This document shows positions 1-14,047 of a stretch of DNA of 64,000 nucleotides, in pieces (the first letter of the stretch is position 1; the number at the start of each line of letters is the position of its first letter). A program made the position numbers and the translations under genes. The stretch spans positions 15,748,001 through 15,812,000 of the forward strand of contig JBHGNT010000013.1 of NCBI GenBank assembly GCA_043228905.1. The letters are read 5' to 3'. The notes below the pieces were generated by a model. It made no database searches, had not been told where the DNA came from, and saw only the letters and a program-made list of their open reading frames with translations. Origin of the DNA: Azolla caroliniana. Taxonomy: Eukaryota; Plantae; Polypodiophyta.

Positions 1-308
1 AACTGGTTTGCAGACATGTTTGCATTTACTTTCCAATCAAACATTTTTGCTCAACTACAAACTAGTACCATCTGTAAGAATAATTTTCTCATACGACTAG
101 CTCATACTCGAATTCTAAAGCTGAATTCCTTGTGACGGCAATGAAAAGCTTGTCCTCACAAAAAGGTACAAAATGTATGTATAAAACTCATGGGCAAATC
201 CTTCCACGTCACAGCTATGATAAAAAAGAAAACAAAAAGTTGTAAAAAATATTGCAAAAAACTCTTTGTGGTAGAAAAGCATCATTCACTGGGTTATCAT
301 GGCAGTCC

Positions 309-3300
309 TCAATCTGTCTGCATTGTATCGCCCTCTTGGTTAGTTTCTGTATCCATAGGCTGAGTAGTTTCAGAATCACCAGGACCCTTGGGGTTGGAAT
401 TGCCCTCCGTCTCTGGTGTTGTGGTCTCAGCAGGTGATGGCGAGGCTGGTTTGGGTGGTGGTGGACGAGACTTAGTCATGATAGGTTTGCAAAACCTGAC
501 ACAATATCAAAAACATGATGTCGTTCATTAGCAAGGAGGTAAGGGGCTTTATTCCTATGAAATAATCAGTATATAATCTTAAGCTTTCTAATTAGACAAT
601 AGGAGTTCTACTAATGCATAGAGAATTTACCGATCAAGCACATCCACTTTCTTCTTAACCTCAGCAGAAAGAAGCACTGGATTAGCTGACCGAGGAAGCT
701 GATCTTGTTGTGCTTTTTTCTCTTTAAACCATTCTTCAGCTTTGTTACACTCAGCAATAACCTGTAACCAAAAAAATCAAGAAATTGGACATGAGTAGAG
801 GAATTTGTCAAAGTTGGAACTCAAATATAAAATGGACATAAAAACAAGTGTATTTTTGTTTAGTGAGATTCAATCACATCATTGTGCACAGTATATTACT
901 TCAATAAATAAAACTTGCCTTCTCTTTCTCAGCAGAATCTATATGATCAAACTTAGGATCCTTCGATTTTGCTGCTTCACGAAAGCTGTTGATGCAATAC
1001 ACTAATTGCTCAATAGAAGGTCCTCTCGCCTCTTCTTCCTTGTATCGTGCTTCAATTGGATCCCCTAGCTGTACACATTAAGAAAAACACTTTAAAGGCA
1101 TAAATACTGAGGATTAATCTAATAATATAATCCTACACCCAATAATCCAGATACAGGTGGTAATGCACACATTCTATAAACTATAGCTAAAGTGTAGAAT
1201 CGATTTATATAGAATAGTTGGAACATATTCCTATAGGAATCTGCTAGCTAAGAACATTGAAACCTCCATACATAGTGTCTATTCTACCTTTTTCAGTTCT
1301 GCCAACTTAGCCACATAAACACCTTTGGTTTCATCCTCTCCTTCTTCATATAGCCAATCTTCAGCATCTTGTAGCCTGGCAACAAGATCTTCTCGTTCGG
1401 CATCTGTAGCAAACTCTTTGTATTTCTCATGGATCTACAAAAAACAATAAAATTATCCCATTAAATGGTGGTTTACAGAAGAGGATTTCTTGACCTACGA
1501 ACATGTACAACAAACAAATGAAGGGTACCTTGTTGCGCATATCATAAACATACGCTTCCACAGCATTTTTCTTATCCTTTGTTTCCTCCATTACTCTGTC
1601 TTGCAGTGCCATTTCATATTCCTTTTCGATGCACTTCTCTAAGTCAGCGTGAGGGAGACCACCAACAACAGCTTCATTCACAGCAACATCTGTCCTGATG
1701 ATTTTCTTTTTCTTTGGTGTTTCTTTCTGCAGAAACAATAACCAATTCAGAGGAATTTCAAATTTAAAGACATTGTTAAACTAGAACTCAAATTTTTGGT
1801 ATGATGTTCGACATTACTGACAAACCTTTGGCGGTTCAACTTCCATTTGAGAAGATTTTGTTTCAGCTCCCCGGTCATGACCATCGGCATTACCAGATTC
1901 ACTTGCATTACTGTCAGCGTTGTCTCCCTTTGACTCGTTCAAATCAATATTATTATCTGTTGCTGTCTCTTTATCAACATCCATTGTAATGCTAGTATCA
2001 GTAGATTTGGTTACAGGAACTTCTACATCTTCTTCTTCTATCATCTGTAGCAGAGAAAGACATAGACAGTCATATATCCTATTTCAAATTGGCAAACAAT
2101 AAAGACCAATCAGTTTAATTCGGGTACTTACAGTTGCTGATTCCACTGACACAATTCCGTGTAAATTCAGACGAATTTTAACCTTGATCTTGGCTCTTTC
2201 CACCTTGGTTGGCTTGAAAGGACCAATCTACAGAGAAAAAAGACAAAGATTAACAAAAAAATGCATAAACTTTATGATTTGTCAATTGCAATTTACAACC
2301 CATTACTTACAGTGAATGTATTAATCTTCTGAGGGGTACCCAGAGGAAGATCTTGCATATCTCCATAAAGAACATCAATGTTAAACGTGCCTGTCCTGTA
2401 GAAAGTCAGCATCTTGGTGCTGGGTACTGGATTACCCTTTGGGAATACAACACTGGTGTGGGCCGCCTCAGAAGGAGTTCCTCCTTCTTCAGACTCGGGG
2501 GCAGATCCTTTCCACGCAAGACATACCGAGAATGGAAATGCATCTTGAACCTACAAAATTCACATTTTAATGAAATATTTATCACATTTTGAGTGGCTTC
2601 TTTCATAATGATTATCACAGGGTAGACAATCCAGCTACAACTATTTGACATTTTTACATTGCTTTGTCTATGAAAACTATCAAAAAAGAGAATGAAAAGA
2701 ATTGAAACATGAGTAAGGCCCCAGAACAATAGATATGATGTGACGCCTATATTCATCACATTTTGAGCCAGATTATTTTTTCAGACTTAATGTCAATCAC
2801 CAAGAGAATGGTCTTACATGCACCACAGAGGGCAGAAAAAATGTGACATTTTTTCATAGTCATAAAACATGCAGAGCAAGAAAACTAGATATTGTTTCAC
2901 ATGCATGTCAAACAAGAATGGTTCCTATGCGAAGCCCACATATACTTTCTGGAACATATTATTTTGCCACTGTAAATGAAAAACAAGACATTTTACCATC
3001 CTATACAACCTGATGGATAAATAGGCATTTTGAATGTAAAAAGCTGGCAATAATGTATGCGACACAAAAGAAGATTTTCACAAGCTAGGCAGCCAAGCTA
3101 GTACAACATTTGACATTTTATGGCCCTTTCTAAAAGTATTTACTACAATGCATGAAATGAGAGGAATTTTTCCATTCTAACCAAGAACTGAAAGAGAAAA
3201 TTATCTTCAGCATACAGCTATATTTGAATGTCCCTCTTATCTTCCATAGCATGGTCAGAGAAAGAACTCATGTTAAACTCCACAAAGATTACACATGTGC

Positions 3301-4516
3301 AAGTTCATTTCCAGATATAGAAATGACTTTCCAGACATTTGTTTACCTCAAATTCTCGGACTCGGAAAGTTGGGCTAAGCATAGCACACTGGAGCGCACA
3401 ACCTCGGGCAACGCATTCACTAGCATTCATGGTCCTGCTAGGCTCCTTCTTGAACACATCAGTAAGAATCTTGATAATTGCAGGGACTCGTGAACCCGAA
3501 CCCACAACTTCAACAGCATATAACTTATCAGTAGAAATATTTGCTCCCTCTAAGGCTCTTTCACAAAGAGCACTAACACGCTGGAAGATGGGCTGTGCCA
3601 TCTTTTCAAAATCATCCCTTTTCATAAACCCTCTCACATCTTTTTCATCCATCAAACATTCTATGTTCAATGGAGCTTCAGGGTTTGCACTTAGAACTTT
3701 CTTCATCTTCTCACACGCAGTTCTCAACCTCTGCGATGCTCTTGCATTTGAACGGACATCAATCTTGTACTCTTCTTTGAACTTCTGACAGAAATGATCA
3801 AATAGAACTTCATCAAAGTCCCTTCCACCTAGGGATCTGTCAAAAGCATGAGTCAACACTTTCAACTGGCCTTTCTTGAAGGCAACCACACATACTTGCA
3901 TGGCAGCATGTCCTACATCTACAAAAACGACGTTGATGGGATCGTTATCCGGTAAATCAGTCTTGTAGATACCATAGCCAAGAGCTGTAGCAGTGGTCTC
4001 GTGCATTAAACGGAGAGGCCTTAATCCTGCTATTGAAGCTGCATCAAGCATGGCTCTGCGTTGAATCTCACTGAAGAAAACAGGTATTCCGATCACACAA
4101 TCTGCAACATTCGTCTGCAGATTCTTCTCGGCGATACTTTTCAGATTCGACAAGATCATGCCAAGGATCTGAGAAGAAGTGAAAGATCTATTCTCACCAA
4201 GGTATTGTACATGAATGAGAGGAATACCTTCGGGACCTTCGCCGACAGAGAATGGAAATCGAAGCAGATCTTGCTGGACATCTTCATCTCTAAAGTTTCG
4301 ACCAAGGAGGCGTTTGATCTGAGCCACAGTGTTCTTTGGAGACATGGTGAGAGAAGACGCAGCGGCTGTACCCACGAAGCGTTGCTTCTCATTGAAGCTA
4401 ACGAGAGCGGGAGTTTCCCGCTTGGATTCATCGTTCAGAACCACGTCGATGCCTCTCTGACGAGCGACCGCAACGATGCAGTTCTCGTTGCCAACGTCAA
4501 GACCTACGACACTCAT
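309..4516 (-). CDS. HSP70-14: Hsp110/SSE-type heat shock 70 kDa protein (Arabidopsis HSP70-14/15-like), 9 coding exons: 4516-3347, 2550-2311, 2227-2132, 2044-1826, 1726-1529, 1434-1288, 1068-919, 761-631, 495-309
   Basis: N-terminus MSVVGLDVGNENCIVAVARQRGIDVVLNDESKRETPA, plus EYEMALQDRVMEETKDKKNAVEAYVYDMRNK and WLYEEGEDETKGVY, are Hsp110 motifs. Exons join in frame at GT-AG sites except one GC-AG intron (918-762). TGA at 311-309. Cannot distinguish -14 from -15 orthology. Confidence 0.95.
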
Positions 4517-4656
4517 GGCTGCTCCTTGACTGCTGCAGAGCAAGGGCTCAGAGCTTCGCAGTGGAACAAGACGGGGGGGGGGGAGGCTAGCTAAGGTTTG
4601 AGAATATTGCAGGTATGGGGGAGGGGGGGGGGAGACGGAAGATCGTGGATTAGGGT

Positions 4657-4736
4657 TAGGGTTTGTGGCAGAAGGAAAGCGCGATGAATGTAAGAAGAGG
4701 ATCTGTCTGTGCGTCTGGCTTTTACGATTAGGGTTT
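4657..4736 (-). promoter_or_regulatory. Two telo-box motifs (AAACCCTA) upstream of the HSP70 start codon
   Basis: TAGGGTTT on + at 4657-4664 and 4729-4736, about 140-220 bp upstream of the ATG. Confidence 0.5.
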
Positions 4737-4785
4737 GCTGCAGTACTGAATGATGAATGGGGAAGGGTGGGGAGGGGAGGGGAGG

Positions 4786-4803
4786 CTCTAGAAGCTTCTA
4801 GAG
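4786..4803. promoter_or_regulatory. Heat shock element (HSE)
   Basis: Perfect 18-bp palindrome CTCTAGAAGCTTCTAGAG made of alternating nGAAn/nTTCn pentamers (two perfect, two near-perfect), about 270 bp upstream of the Hsp110 ATG. Confidence 0.75.
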
Positions 4804-7800
4804 GCTACCTTAACGAAACCTTTTTTACGAGAAGCTTTTATTTGTTATAATGAGCTTGGGCTTCTCTTTTCCTGAAACTACAAATATGGCCCCCCCTCTT
4901 CCCCATTGGCCCTAACACACATCTATCTCTTCCTGTACTATATTATATGTATACTCTCTACTACTCCCTAATGCTCATTCAAGACCTTCCTTCACTCAGA
5001 GTGAAGGAGCAAGGAGGGGAAGCTCTGGTCTCGTGTGATCCACCAGAGGCCACTCTCCTAGTGACAAAAACTGCAATTTCCCTGGCCCTGACATTAACTC
5101 TTGAATGGCATATTGGGCCATGCCAACAACGCAAGGACAAACACACACTTCAATCCATCGACTTTCGAGAGACTCCCTTGCCTCGCCCTTTTCACACACT
5201 TTCAGTATGCACCCTCACCCCCCTTGGGCTGCATTTGACAACATGAACAATGTCTCCATACATGTGTAGGGAATTCCCATTGATTTCTCTCACCTGCTTA
5301 GAAGGTTTGAGCTCATATGCGTATGCCTTATTCACGTAGAGAGACATTGTGCTTCTATGTATGGATACCCCTTTTTAGGAAGGTGACACGTATCAAGAAC
5401 ACGTGTATACTCCAGTCCCATAGGTCAAATTTGGCCTCTTTATTGACGATACAATTTCTAATTCTAATTCTAATTGCCACTTTGACGCGTTTGTTGGTTG
5501 CAGCTCCCTTATTGGTCTACATCTCGGAAAACTCATTTGGGCATCCCAAGCGTGATCATAGTCTCGGGTGTTCTCACAACATATAGTTAGCATTGTGATC
5601 ATGGAACCTCTACATATGATTCTACCTCGTCCTTGATATTACCAGCTCAACAAGGTAGTGTGCATTCCAGTTTAGAACATACATACTTTAAAAACATAAA
5701 ACATTGACCAACCCCCTTCCTTGTTTACTTAGATATATAATAAAGGCCCATTTTCATAATTTGCCTTTTTTCCTATCCTTCTAACTTCTCAACTTGTCAC
5801 ACCACCAAATAAGAGAACTGTATAGCTACAATGCAAATGTTGAAGATGTATATTGATCAAATCCACAACATCTACATACACGTGTAACTGATAGTGTCAT
5901 TGCAACTGCCAAAGTGCAGATGAAGAGACAATGTACTCTTTTGAAGAGTTAGAGTCTACTTTTAAAAGCTAATGTAAAGCCTAAAATTTCCATAAATATG
6001 CATTTTTCATAAATCTGGTTTAGTAAAGCCTAAATTTTAGGAATTGTTTTGATACAAATAGTACAATAAGTATACCAATAAGTATACCAATCGATCTGGT
6101 GTAATCGATTAGAAGTCAATTTTAGATGTCATATTACCCTCATTTGTGACAAAATGAATATTCCACACAATTGAATAGAAGTATAGTTAAGTGCAAATCA
6201 CTCCAATTTTTATCCGTAAAATGTGAGAAGATTATTCCAAACCCATACTTATTGTTGCATATTTTCCATATGGCCTCGCATATATCTTCAGTGACTCCTA
6301 ATATGCATACCAAGAAGTTACTTTTTAAAGTGACTACATTTGTTGGCATGTGATATTTGTAAGTAAAGTCATGTTTGTAAACATGTGAGGTCATGCACTC
6401 TTATTGTACAACAATAATGACAATTAGTTGTATTACTAATTTACACCATACCAAACTCTCCTTTTATGAAGGGTATGGTTTACCCTAGTTTTCGTTGACT
6501 TGGTCAAATGACATGAGTGGTTTTAGAACAACCATGCATGCTAATAGTGTATTTGTTGACGAAATTCACATTCGTGGTGAGACATGGGGGCGCTGCTCTC
6601 AAATGATAAAACAACCATACATGTTAATAGTGTATTGTTGAGGAAATTCACATTCGTCGTGAGACATGGGAGCGCTGCTCTCAAATGATCATGGGGAAAT
6701 TTATTTAATAGAAACAAATTGTTTAGCATGTGGTCCTAAAGTTTAATGGTATATGCAATTCTAGGCGAACAAATGGCAATATTAAAGAGTGAAATTTGCT
6801 AGAATATGTCTATATGTATTACATATTCAAAAAGTATGCTTGCTTATTTTCTAATCTACCTACATATGTTATGTGTGGGGAAAAAATAAGCAATCGTACT
6901 TTTTGGATTTGCTATACATATATGATATATGTATGTACACTAGAGCATTAGTTTAGTTACCCCCCATATTTAACATGGCATTTAGTGGTCTCCTCATGGT
7001 ATGCCATAGCATTCCTTTGGGGTAGAAGATTCAAGTGAGAATGGAATGGAAGTGCGAGAAGGTTGTCAATTAAAAAGCAAAATTGCCAAATTTTGGGGTG
7101 AACATGTGTTCTTATAGATTTTCTAAGATGGAACACAAATTAATGAATGTCATGGAATAAGATATTTGAAGATCTCTACTCTCAAACGAGTTAGGGTCAA
7201 TCGGGTTTTGGTTGTAGTCATGATCAATGGCGTGTATCTTGAAATGTGTCTTATTTCTTTGTATCTAGAAATACTGGGTGACATCCATAACAATGGATTT
7301 TGTATATATTCTATGTGCATGTGGTTGTCTTTGTCTAGCCTTTGTTCACAACATGAATGTGGAAGTATACATTTCTCCAGGCTATTAGGAGTTGTCCCTT
7401 TCTTCTCCCTCTTTGAGGTATGGTTCCTTTTTTAAACCAATTAATTAACCATAGGTGATGTCGAACCCATAACTATCAAAACCCAACCATGGGTTGCCCT
7501 AAATGGTAACATGAGCTAGTGTGCATGTCTCTAGCCTTAATGAAACTACATGGATATTGTCACTCAAGCTCTTCTAAATTGGTTGTAACTTGCCACCCTT
7601 TGAAGAAACTACATGGATATTGACGAGGTTCTCAAGGAGCACATATTTGATTTTTTGGAATATGTGAATGAGCTCTACTAGAAGCTTCAATCTTTGGTGA
7701 GTGCTATGATTTCTAATGGTACAAATCTCATTTGTCAAGGACAAGAATGGTGAGAGTGAGATAGGTGCACACAAACCAAGAAGCATAAAATTGCAAAAAT

Positions 7801-9167
7801 ATGAGATGCAAGAGAAATGTAGTAAAGTGATTAATTACATGTTTTTGTAGCTACAATATGACGTATTGCTCATTGTAAGTAATTCAAATTTCATTACATG
7901 CTCCAATGAATTGGTTTAATTATTGGAAGGACATTATGTTTTGATGAATACATATTTAATTTTTGTAGCATTAATGTGGCAAATAACACTTTGCATGTCA
8001 TTCACATTTGAACACATGTCCAATTGGATTCACTTGGTTAATAGGACAATATGTCCCCTTTTACTTTTCATTATTGTTACATCCATGTGTTGCATTTTTC
8101 ATATGGAAGAAACGACAATTAGTTGATGTATAAAAATTTGTGGTTATGGATGTTACAAACTATGCAAAAGATCCAAATATACAAGAATTATAAAAGCAAA
8201 ATATTGGCCATTGTTTGCTTGTAAGGTACTCATAAATGTCTAGATATGTTCAAAGGGTCTTATAGACACCAAGAATTAGTCCTCATATGAGAAACTTAAA
8301 AGAGATCTTATCCAAAAACATGGTTGATCTCAAATGATATACAACTTCTAAAAGTCTCATTGTTGGGGTCACTCATGCATAATGAGTTTTTATTTAATCA
8401 TGCACCTATTCAGACTTGGCAATATTTGAAAGACATTAAACTGACCTGTAAATATTTTTTGTGGCATTCCATCTCACTATGAGGTTTGTCATGAATAATA
8501 TATATAACGTATTGCTACAAACAAGTACGTGGCAAGATTTAATTGTCAAATAAAGTTAGCAGCAATTTCTAGACAAATTCCATCAACTTGTATGGACTAA
8601 GAGACGCGCGAAAACATTCATGAGATCCATTGCATGTATGGATGGAGAATAATACCCTACTCTGAGTCATCAACAAAATCTATTTTGCGTTACAAAAAGT
8701 ACAAGTTTACTTGCATTTGCCTAACTCAGAATACGACCCATTCATTTCCTACACATTTCTTAAAGGTCCAATGAATTTTTAAATAATGAAGTGAGGAAGC
8801 TGAGACAGAAAACAGGCTTGGATGATGCCCCTTCTCAGAAATCCCAAATAAAATGAGCATAAAATACAACTGATGCCACATGCAAGTGTACATGCATGTG
8901 AATAGCATCAAGCAGATGATTTCCATTAGCACAATAAGCATTTTGATTCATCTTCAGCATGGACGATAACTATTTCACTACCTCATATACAATAGTATGT
9001 CACAAGCTACTACACTCTTGGATTAGGAAACAGTGGAATAGAGTGTGTGGTAGTTGAATCAGAGCATATGGGGTCAAACATGAATTAGCACGTTGGATCG
9101 AACCTCGAAGCTTATATATGTACTGGGTAGCATCTTATACAGCATCGAAGAACCCACTAAGGAAACA

Positions 9168-12072
9168 CTACTCAACCACACTAAGATTAGATGAGAGGCG
9201 CTCCCATTGAGATTTTAGAAGATTTCCAATGGAGAAAACTGGTCTATCCCCACCGTTGCTAGAATAACCCCTATCAAATTTTGGCACTTCTTTGACAGAT
9301 AATGTCTGTCTCCCTATCTTATTTCGGATAGCTTCAATTGTTTTCATGTCTACAAGAGCTCCTGATACATCGGTCACATAGAATGTGTCAACTGCTTTGT
9401 TACCTTGAGTGCTTATACTCGCTTGTGTCACTGACAACCCATTCTCTCGGAAAATGCGTGTAACCTCAGAAAGCAAACCAGATTTATTTCTGGCCAACAG
9501 CTCAAGCTTTATACCCTGTTGCAAATTTGCAAGCAGAAAATTCGTCAAGTGATAACCATTAATGCCTTTTTAAAGGAAAAAGAAGACATAGTAGTTCAAT
9601 AAGCTTATTCATTTAGTCATGATTGTATCTAGTAGGTCATGAGATTAAGTTCTTGTGTTTGCCTCATAATCTATGTTTATGTGCAGCATTTGCCTTTCTC
9701 TTGCACAGTAAGCATTTGTAACTATTTAGTAATCTCACCAATTCATGCATCCCCGCTTTTCCACTCATTTGCAATGACTCAATTCTCTTAATTAGACACA
9801 ATAAATTGTATAAGCAAATGCAATTGTAATTTACCTGAGCAGCCCTTCTTTCGATGGCCGCCTCGAGACACCGGATAACTTTCTGCTTCTCACCCTCTGT
9901 ATCTAATGTGCGACCATCCATGTGTCGGATATAGTACTCCTATACGAGAGAAGAATTCATATGTCAGTTTCCTCTAAAAGATAACAATATTAAGTTGCTT
10001 TTGTATTATGTCACATAGCCAGCCCCAGCATGACATACCATGACATGCCATGAGAAGGAAAAAACCAAAAAATTGACCCTTGTATATACCTGGATAGCCT
10101 TAGGCCCCTCTGAATCTATCGTCCCATGGAAAACAACATATTGCATGTCAGTGAGAGTGCAAACAGTATCAAATACCAACTTTGGACGATCTTTGCATCG
10201 GATGTTGACCACGGAATAGTCTTTCTCTTTGCAATTCTCAATTGTGATATGTGGTCTTATGCTTCTATCTCCTTTTGAGACGAGACTAGGGTTGTTTTCA
10301 TAGTCCCTATCCGCAAACATCATTTGATGTAGCCTTCTATCGGTGTGAGTCAGACCAACCGAAAAATCAGTTTTTACTCGCTTCCTATCTTCAGATACTT
10401 CAAGCACATTGCAAAGTTGTTCTTTCATTATTGAAAGCTTCTCCATATCCTCAATGGGACCAAGACGAGTATCATCCGCAACATACACAACACAAGCTAA
10501 CCTTCCATTGTGTGTCCACATCTCTCCACCAACTATATTGCATTTAAGATTTGTGAGCACGGCAAATATTTCAGATAGTACTCCCGGACGATCTGAACCA
10601 GTCATCTCTATAGCTGTATGCTGACCCATTGATTGTATACCTACTGTTCGGCCCAAACATGTCCGGACTTCAGGATTTGTCGATGACCTTTTTGCTCCCA
10701 AAGACTGCCAGAAATAAGTTTCAATGTATGCAGAATTAGTTACATGATGAGTTCGTAATATTTTTTGGAGTTTTTTGCACTATATTATGCCTAAATCTTA
10801 CATGGGGAAATGCCATGAAGGAAAAGCCTAGGCATGACCTATGAACACCAAGGATAACATTGGCAAGTCAAGCAAACAATAACACTTGGTTGTGATAGAG
10901 ATCCTCATTCTTAAGGAAACCTTGCTACCACATGAAAGAGTTTTGCAAGGACGAGTTTTTCTAAAGAGAAACTTCAAGGAAAACTCATGATATGTGTTCA
11001 CTCCCATGATGCACATGATGGGGCTGGAAGCAGACACTTAACCACTAAACAACTGTGATAGAGTTAGTAGTGACTAGGATGGAAAAGGAAGAATCAAACC
11101 TGTTGTATGTACTCGATCACACGTTCATCAGTAAGTTTCCGCCCAAGTTGATCATTGACATGGAAGACTGGTTTGAAAAATGAAACAGTTAGTAAACAAA
11201 ACCCTAATCTTTTTTCTAAGGGAACAACAAAAGAGAAAAGACAAGGTTTCAGACCATCCATAAACCAGCCACCATCAGAGGATATGTATGCCTTGGATAT
11301 AGTGAGATCAAGATCCGTTAGTACTTGTACAACTTCTAGCAAAATTCCGTGTTTGTTCGCACTGTCAACCTGGTGGACACAAACATTAATCTCTACATGT
11401 TACATTACATCATCACATCATTATCAAGAAGATAGAAACAAGCAATTGATGAGTGCTGGAGCAAGTCTCTCATGGAATGAATGGTCAGGGATAAGTGTAC
11501 CTTAATCAAAGAGAATTTATCTGACGATTCATTGTCTATTACCACCCTGCCAGAAAACAATGAGTGCACCATTTAGTTAATTGGTTTTCGGTCTTTTGCA
11601 ATATAGAAACCGAAACAGAAATCATCCCGGATGAGACAAATAAAAAATATACAAGCATACTTACTCGGATAGACAATCACAAGTAGCACATAATAAACTA
11701 CCAAAGAATATTATATGTGCGCATTCATTCACACCATATCTTTCTCATCTATCATTTCAGACATGGATAGACGGTAAAATAACTACTACAAAATAAACTT
11801 CCATAGAATTTGATCTTTTATATGCATAACATTTCTAAATTTTCTGGTTTTAATCTAAGCCACAGCTTTGTTATCCCTCATTGTAAGAACAACAACGACA
11901 TAAGCATGCTAATATTCACATATAATCAAGCGAATTAAAGATAAACCACGGATTTTCTGCAAAACTTGGAACATAATTTTCAAAACAGCCGATTTGTACT
12001 GGAAACGTACTTGGGCGGATGAATTCGTTGACTGAGTGTCTCGTACTCAGGATCAAAATAAGGCCATTCCAT
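9168..12072 (-). CDS. ACR3: ACT domain repeat protein (ACR3-like), 7 coding exons: 12072-12011, 11546-11501, 11369-11255, 11167-11100, 10704-10090, 9939-9835, 9515-9168 (452 aa)
   Basis: Motifs [95 protein letters not shown] and [17 protein letters not shown]. All GT-AG junctions keep frame (1359 nt total). Confidence 0.93.
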
Positions 12073-12338
12073 AACTGTACAGAAAACAGAACTTGACATA
12101 AGAACTTTGCTCTGTTTAGGGTCTAAGATCAGGAAAAAAGAAAGAGCATAAAATGTTAAAAAGTGTGAAACTTCACAGTAAGCGCAGTCTTATTCTTCTT
12201 CACGCACAGACATAGAAGAAGCACAAGCTTGGAAAGATCACAACCTCAAAAAAAGATTCCAAGTCTGGAATATGGAACAGAGCAAATGGGCAGAGTTGAG
12301 GGTCAGGGAGGCCTTTGCCGGTTTTGTTGAAGATGCTA

Positions 12339-12343
<5 letters not shown>

Positions 12344-12375
<32 letters not shown>

Positions 12376-12412
12376 TGGCTATGGTGTAAGGCTGAGAGAG
12401 AGAGAGAGAGAG
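12344..12412. repeat. (GA)n microsatellites in the ACR upstream/5' UTR region
   Basis: Two GA dinucleotide runs read directly. Confidence 0.85.
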
Positions 12413-12584
12413 AAGACCAGAGAGAAACAGAGACAGTGTTAGCTAAGAGAAAAAGAGAAGGTGGGGGAGGACACGAGTTTTTATCTGGTTACATAAGGTA
12501 TCCATGATGGATCCAATAATAAAATATTAATGTGTGGGTGTGACACTCTGTATGTATGGTCACATGGATCTCTCTCTCTATACA

Positions 12585-12646
12585 TATGTATATGTATGTA
12601 TATGTATGTATGTATGTATGTGTGTGTGTATGTATGTATGTATGTA

Positions 12647-12677
<31 letters not shown>

Positions 12678-12868
12678 ATGTATGTATGTATGTATGTATG
12701 TATGTATGTATGTATGTATGTGTGTGTGTATGTATGTATGTATGTATGTATGTATGTATGTATACATATGTATGTGTGTATGATGTATACATATGTATGT
12801 GTGTATGATGTATGTATGTATGTATGTATGTATGTATGTATGTATATGTATGTATGTATGTATGTATG

Positions 12869-12900
<32 letters not shown>

Positions 12901-12973
12901 TGTATGTATGTATGTATGTATGTATGTATGATGTATGTATGTATGTGTGTATATGTGTGTATGTATGTATGTG
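12585..12973. repeat. (TATG)n/(TG)n compound microsatellite, about 390 bp
   Basis: Read directly; it explains the HTYI/MYVC-repeat pseudo-ORFs. Confidence 0.95.
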
Positions 12974-13007
12974 TTTGCTATCTTGTTATCCCTTCGGCTC
13001 AATGCCT

Positions 13008-13524
13008 AATATCGCCAATGATATGGCATCAAGTGTCCACGATATGGTTTTAGGTGTTTTATAGATCACGAATTGATATGGCATCATGTGTGTTTTCAAG
13101 ATCACCGACGATATAGCATGTGTGTTCAAGATCGCCAACGATATGGTATCATGTGTTCGAGATCGCCTACCATAAGTCCTCGTTTGTCCGATATCACCCA
13201 ACGATATGGCACCTTGTGTGTAAAGACTACCAACCCTATGGCACTATGACCGAGATCACTTGACGATATGGTGTCGTGTGTTTGAGATTGTAGACAATAT
13301 GCATTACATCACGAAGCATTTTGACCTCTCCTCACTCCTATGGGTAAGCTTTGCCCAACGATATCACCCAACGATATGGCACCTTATGTGTAAAGACCAC
13401 CAACCCTATGGCATTGTGTTAGAGATCACTTGATTATATGGCGTCATGTGTTTGAGATTGTAGACAACATGTATTACATCACGAAGCATTTTGACCTCTC
13501 CTCACTCCTATGGGTAAGCTTCGC
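13008..13524. repeat. Degenerate ~31-bp minisatellite (GATCRCCAACGATATGGCATCATGTGTTCRA-like) with a 170-bp higher-order duplication
   Basis: GATATGG/CTATGG cores recur about every 30-35 bp; 13190-13359 is repeated at 13360-13524. Confidence 0.8.
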
Positions 13525-14009
13525 TTTACCCAAATCACATTTTTGTAGTTCAATTCACTTCATCATGCCAATCTTGTGTTCAATTCAAACTAACAACTGA
13601 TTACTCTACATGTTCCAGCCTCTAAACTATGCTTTATCGTTGAATGCATCATGCTTGGATCTCTCAGTGTAATGATTGATTAAACTTACTATCAACGATT
13701 ATATGTGATCACATCTACAATAATACTAGTAAGCATAAAGTTTGTTGTATGATAGAGTAGTGGTATGATGCTCGATATAGACTTATTGTTGTCATTGTAT
13801 ATGATGTAGCATCAAATGACGTTGTAATATTGGATCGAAGGTGTTGTGGTCTCCAACCTAATTTTTTGGGATAAAAGGCCTCGCGCTTTGCCACTTGTAG
13901 ACTCTGACATTAAGAAAATACATAAACCACATGTGGCTGCATCATTTGCACCAACACATGACACTGCTAATATGCTCTTTTGTCGTGTTTTTTGCCTTCT
14001 AAGGATGTT

Positions 14010-14047
<38 letters not shown>

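Noticed and set aside
4517-4543. N-terminal extension of the HSP70 ORF (also 24425-24445 for BSD)
   Set aside because: Arises from non-ATG starts in the ORF track; homology begins at the ATGs at 4516 and 24424.
6140-6394. Possible MULE/SWIM zinc-finger remnant
   Set aside because: Only a vague resemblance; the CxC...CxH residues are not intact.
7192-7501. Possible old hAT MITE (TAGGG...CCCTA)
   Set aside because: TIR match is poor and there is no convincing 8-bp TSD.
12481-13064. Long HTYI/MYVC-repeat ORFs
   Set aside because: Translations of the (TATG)n microsatellite.
13008-13524. CRISPR-like appearance of spaced repeats
   Set aside because: Eukaryotic context, units are degenerate and contiguous without unique spacers, and there are no cas genes.
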